Of a stretch of 64,000 nt of DNA, positions 58,382 through 62,893 are shown one piece after another. The stretch comes from Minisyncoccia bacterium (lineage in GTDB: Bacteria > Patescibacteriota > Minisyncoccia > Phycocordibacterales > UBA918), in the NCBI GenBank assembly GCA_046293175.1, contig JBKBPM010000001.1, forward strand, positions 235,446 to 299,445. Direction: 5' to 3'. Within the stretch, counting starts at the first letter, position 1, and each line of letters opens with the position of its first letter. Below the pieces are notes generated by a model. That model was not told the DNA's origin, searched no databases, and saw only the letters and a list, made by a program, of their open reading frames with translations. Both the position numbers and the translations under genes were made by a program.

Positions 58382-58460
58382 CCTTCTGTAAAAAAGTTGT
58401 GAACGGGGTCTACCCGTGAAAATATAGCATGCATTTGCAAGCTGTTAAGCAGGTAATTTT

Positions 58461-60041
58461 CTACAAAATAACTGGGAGGAAGAATTCGAAGCGGGAGCCG
58501 TGGCCTTCACCGTCAGAGTGAGCGATGACATCGCCGCCCATCGCACGGGCCATCTCACGGGCGACGAAGAGGCCGAGGCCAGTACCCTTAATGTTGACCG
58601 TGTTGGCATTTTTGGCTCGGGAGAACTTCTCAAATAGTGAGTGAATGGTGTCGTTACTCATACCAATACCGGTGTCGATGATGTCGACAATAATCTTTTT
58701 ACTGCGTATGTCGTCATGTACAAAGACAGTAACAGTTCCCTTTGGGGTGTATTTAAGTGAATTATTAATGAGGTTGTGGAGGATCTGTTGAGTCTTCCCT
58801 TTGTCGGCATGGACGAGACCTTGGCTGGTAAGTTCAGACTTGAAGAGCAATAAGAGACCTTTCTTAAATCCTTCGGGACGGAGGTCATCGGTGATATTTT
58901 CGGCCAAATCGCGCAGATTGAAGTCAGCCAGTTCATACTTCATGTTTCCACCTTCGATACGAGATACGCTCAGGAAGTCTTCTACTGATTCGTTCATCAT
59001 CTTGGCAGAGTCAGCGATGCGTTCGAGCGGTTCCCTCATTTTCTCATCTACTTTTCCAAAGCTTCCTTCAACCAACATCGAGGCGTAACCACGAATAGCA
59101 GCGAGTGGACTGCGGAGCTGGTGTGATGCTACAGAGACGAATTCAGACTTCTGCTTATCAAGCTCACGCAGTCGAGCATTGGCTTTTTCGAGACCCTTGG
59201 CTAGTTCTTCAATGTCATCCTTCGATTTTTCAATTTTGCGGCTATGCCTACGAGAGGCGAATATTATTACCAAAGTAAGGGCTGTAATAACAAAACCAAG
59301 AAATACGATGTAGATAACAAATGGACGAAGGGTCTGAGTGGTAATCTCAAAGAAGTCGTCCGCTTTGATGTCGGTGGCAAGAATCGCCACGATATTACCC
59401 TGTGCATCTTTAATTGGTGCGTAACCGGTGAGAACAGTCCCGTATTCGTCACTATACAAATCTGCACTGGTTAGCGGTCCGTCATAGGCTGCAAATGCCT
59501 CAGGAATATCAACCGCTTCGGGATACGGCTGTCCTGGCCACTGGAGTTTATCAGGACCTTCAGGTTCTATGATACCGTCACGATTTACGTCGACATTAAT
59601 CCGCGGATCAATAGTGTCGTTTGCGTAGGGATTAATTGAGTCTGCATCAGCGACAAACTCCATTTGGGTTGGATCTTCAGCGGTCTTGCGGAAGATATAC
59701 ATGAAAACTACGTCATCATTACTATATTTTGAGTTGTTGAGTTTTGTAACAACTTTCCTCCATTCAGGTTTTTGCCAGTCCGATTCTGTTCGCAATTGTG
59801 CGAGATCCTCCCCTTCAATGTTGGCGGCAGTAGTGATGGAAATAGTGAGAATTCTTTCTCGAAGGTTTTCTGTTAGCAAATCAACTGTTCGATTGTAGAG
59901 TACTTGTGAAGATACCACTAGTACATTTACAGCAATAAAAAGCACAAAAATACCAATCCATAATGGATACTTACGACTGGTTTGATTTTTGTCTTTTGCT
60001 TTCACGTTTTTATCTTTCAATGTACTACCATTATACATCAA
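58461..60041 (-). CDS. Two-component sensor histidine kinase (TM, periplasmic sensor domain, HisKA, HATPase_c); no adjacent response regulator
   Basis: H-box SVASHQLRSPLAAIRGY and the HATPase N/G1/G2 boxes (HNLINNSLKY, DTGIGM, GTGLGL). Confidence 0.8.
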   Translation of the reverse strand: MMYNGSTLKDKNVKAKDKNQTSRKYPLWIGIFVLFIAVNVLVVSSQVLYNRTVDLLTENLRERILTISITTAANIEGEDLAQLRTESDWQKPEWRKVVTKLNNSKYSNDDVVFMYIFRKTAEDPTQMEFVADADSINPYANDTIDPRINVDVNRDGIIEPEGPDKLQWPGQPYPEAVDIPEAFAAYDGPLTSADLYSDEYGTVLTGYAPIKDAQGNIVAILATDIKADDFFEITTQTLRPFVIYIVFLGFVITALTLVIIFASRRHSRKIEKSKDDIEELAKGLEKANARLRELDKQKSEFVSVASHQLRSPLAAIRGYASMLVEGSFGKVDEKMREPLERIADSAKMMNESVEDFLSVSRIEGGNMKYELADFNLRDLAENITDDLRPEGFKKGLLLLFKSELTSQGLVHADKGKTQQILHNLINNSLKYTPKGTVTVFVHDDIRSKKIIVDIIDTGIGMSNDTIHSLFEKFSRAKNANTVNIKGTGLGLFVAREMARAMGGDVIAHSDGEGHGSRFEFFLPVIL

Positions 60042-61911
60042 TCAATTTGCAGATTTGCGCTTGATCCACTTCTTGAATAAATTGAGCGAGTCGTGGTCCA
60101 GAATCTTTTCCAAAAAGCAATTGGTAGACGAGTCGGAAAAACTTAAACTGCAGTTTTCTATTTTCGGCTTTTGAAGCGTTGGGATCAGCTGGTAAGGCGT
60201 AGAGTTTCGTAGAGAAGTCTAATGGTTCTAAATGTATTGACGTTTCAATAAATCTTTTAAGTTTCCGTACCAAATCGACTTCCTCGATACTTAATTTTGT
60301 AATAAATGTCGCATTTGGCACTTCCAGTAGTGTGTAGATTTGCTCTGGATCAAGTTTTGTATAGCGCTTTTTGTTGTCTTCCAATCCCTCACGATCGAGA
60401 TATGCGTATTCCGTCAAACTGGTAGTATTACCCTCGTCGTCATTTTCAGTAAATTGTGTTTTTAGACGCATTAATTTCTGTACATCTTTGTACACTAATT
60501 CACAATCATCAGCCAAAAATCTTTTTCTTTTTTCGAGTTCAGATTTTGTTAAGAGTGGTTTGGCTACCCATTCAAAAATATCACGTTGCGGTAATGTGGC
60601 TTTTGGAGTCACTACCCCATTAATACTGATGCTTGATGCCCCATAACCATTACCACCATATGGTTGTGTACCACGCTCATAGCCATACATATGCAAATGC
60701 GCATTATGTAAAAATGAACTTTTTTCATGCAGCACCCTACCTGCCACCTTGGTGTTCATAAACTTTTTTACGTACTTACTGGTTCCATATACCGTAATAT
60801 ACATAGCGTTTAGGGCATATCGTGGATCTTCAAAATAGATAGCCAAATCACTATCGTCATCATACTTTTGCACAATTAAAGCTGGCGCAAAAAGTTCATC
60901 AAAATTCGCACCTGCACGAAGTGGTTTGTTGATGATAGTCGGTTCAAGAATAGCGTCATAGGCTCGGATGATTCCCGGTGTCGTGGGGTCAAGCCATTCA
61001 CGGTTATCTATGAGGATACCTTGAATGCGAACCAAGTCATTTGGGTCGCTAACTGGTCCAACTCGGCACTTCCTATCGCGGTAGTCACCAACTCTTACGG
61101 TGCGGATTTCGTCACGCAATATTCGCATAAACTCATTAAAGATGTTTTTATGCACCATGATTGAGTTTGGCGAGGCACAGTCTTGGCCTTGATTGTAAAA
61201 CTTCAGCATGATAGCAGCCTCCACTGCTTTATTGATATCAGCATCTTCGCTCACAACGATAGGGTTGTGACCAGCTCCGTTTGTGATAAATAAGGTGCGC
61301 TGATCAAACACATTTCGTAGCTGGTCTGCGTGAACAGGGGTACCGGTGAAAATAACCACCTCAGTAACTGGCCATGCTTCTTTTGTGTCAGGATCAACCC
61401 GCAGTGCACTTCTTTCCTTCAAGAAATCCTGTCGCTGCTTGATTGATACTTTGACGTTTGGGAATCGCTTGTTTACTTCAAGTAGTGCGAGCAACTTCGG
61501 GAAGAAGTGTGTCATGCTCTGTGGTATTCGAAAATGCACCTCACTCGCCATGAGTGATGGGACCAACACAAAACAAGATAATGCGTACAGGGGTTGATTT
61601 CGAGGCAAAAATGACGCAACGGCACCGATTCTTAACTTAAAATATTCTTCGTTTTCTTTTAGGTGCCGAAGGAGATCAAAGGTTCGACTGATTTCATCCG
61701 TTACCACTTCATAGCTTTCGTATTCAAGGAGTATATGGGCAAGCTCCTCATACTTTGCTTCGAGATGGTCAACCAAATCGTTAGCCTGTTTGTTGATAGC
61801 CACAAAATCAATCTTTGAGTATGGTGAGTAATCCAAACAGACAGTTGGTGTTACTATTTCTTTCGACACTTTTTTCTTCTGCGCAGTCAAACGTTTTTTT
61901 GTTTCAGCCAT
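60031..61911 (-). CDS. Aldehyde dehydrogenase superfamily protein (626 aa) with atypical N-terminal (about 130 aa) and C-terminal (about 200 aa) extensions. The C-terminus resembles a class I aaRS (GluRS/LysRS) C-terminal anticodon-binding region.
   Basis: ALDH catalytic-loop motif FYNQGQDCASPNSIMVHKNIFNEF (compare FFNQGQCCCAGSRTFVQE in ALDH2) and FITNGAGHNPIVV (compare ELGGKSP). C-terminal KFFRLVYQLLFGKDSGPRLAQFI resembles the GluRS/LysRS-I C-terminal motif. Confidence 0.55.
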   Translation of the reverse strand: MAETKKRLTAQKKKVSKEIVTPTVCLDYSPYSKIDFVAINKQANDLVDHLEAKYEELAHILLEYESYEVVTDEISRTFDLLRHLKENEEYFKLRIGAVASFLPRNQPLYALSCFVLVPSLMASEVHFRIPQSMTHFFPKLLALLEVNKRFPNVKVSIKQRQDFLKERSALRVDPDTKEAWPVTEVVIFTGTPVHADQLRNVFDQRTLFITNGAGHNPIVVSEDADINKAVEAAIMLKFYNQGQDCASPNSIMVHKNIFNEFMRILRDEIRTVRVGDYRDRKCRVGPVSDPNDLVRIQGILIDNREWLDPTTPGIIRAYDAILEPTIINKPLRAGANFDELFAPALIVQKYDDDSDLAIYFEDPRYALNAMYITVYGTSKYVKKFMNTKVAGRVLHEKSSFLHNAHLHMYGYERGTQPYGGNGYGASSISINGVVTPKATLPQRDIFEWVAKPLLTKSELEKRKRFLADDCELVYKDVQKLMRLKTQFTENDDEGNTTSLTEYAYLDREGLEDNKKRYTKLDPEQIYTLLEVPNATFITKLSIEEVDLVRKLKRFIETSIHLEPLDFSTKLYALPADPNASKAENRKLQFKFFRLVYQLLFGKDSGPRLAQFIQEVDQAQICKLIDV

Positions 61912-61990
61912 AGTATCTTACTATTAAAATACGGTTAAAAATGCTTAGTGTCAATGCTATTTTTTGGATAAATAAAAGAAAAGTACCGCA

Positions 61991-62677
61991 TCACGAGAAT
62001 GCGGTACCGAGGATGATCGCGAGGACCACCGCGAGATGTGTGACCGTGTAGATGATTGGTCCCACGATGGTTGTCAGCGTGCGAACACGCAGCCAGCCAC
62101 TTACTGCCTGAAGAGCGAAGGCAATCGTCCAGATCACCCAGGCCCAGAACGGCTCACCAGCCGGATCTTCCAAGGTCTCCCGAAACAGTGGGTAGACAGC
62201 GGCAATGGGACCGAACTGAGAAAACCAGACTGCCCAACGTGATCCATAACGCTTGTGTGTTACTTGCCAGAAGCCAAGTGAGATGACTGCGAAGCCTGTA
62301 ACAAACCAGTCGATAGGCTTAACTTCGTCGAAGACTACGCCGATCCCACCGCGACTCAGCTCAAAGATGAGATACGCAGACACGATCGTAACGCCGATCA
62401 TCGAGACAGCCTCGGTCGCCCAAACGGACTTATGCCCTCCTTCTGCGGCATTGTCCTTCTCCAGGTAGTGAACGATTATCAAAAGACTCGTGAAAGTCTC
62501 GATAAACCAGAACCACCAGGACAAGGGATTCGTGTCGAGGGCGGCGCCCGTCAGCATCGGGGTGCAGTACACCACGAAGCCAAGGGCGTTCAGACCAGCG
62601 GCAGTCCATCCAAGGACCGCCCCCAATCTATATTTGCGCGACTCCGCTAGTGGGAGTCCGTCAGCCACAAGTGCCAT
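61991..62677 (-). CDS. Polytopic membrane protein, hypothetical
   Basis: Six to seven predicted TM helices. A terminator hairpin GTACCGCAT-CACGAGA-ATGCGGTAC overlaps its stop codon. Confidence 0.5.
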   Translation of the reverse strand: MALVADGLPLAESRKYRLGAVLGWTAAGLNALGFVVYCTPMLTGAALDTNPLSWWFWFIETFTSLLIIVHYLEKDNAAEGGHKSVWATEAVSMIGVTIVSAYLIFELSRGGIGVVFDEVKPIDWFVTGFAVISLGFWQVTHKRYGSRWAVWFSQFGPIAAVYPLFRETLEDPAGEPFWAWVIWTIAFALQAVSGWLRVRTLTTIVGPIIYTVTHLAVVLAIILGTAFS

Positions 62678-62893
62678 TTTTGGCCTCCCATTTCATCGGT
62701 TCTCAAGGAACCACCGAACTCCATTATAGCACAAAATGACCTAAAAGTAAAGGTATTTGGGGAAAAGTTTAGGAAAATGGCCCTAGGAATCGATATTTTA
62801 GAGGTTTTTACCTAGTTAAGATAGAGAAAAACGAGTGGGAGAAGGAGCCACCAGAAGAAGTACTCTTTGGGTGAGAAGATGGCTTGGATGGGA

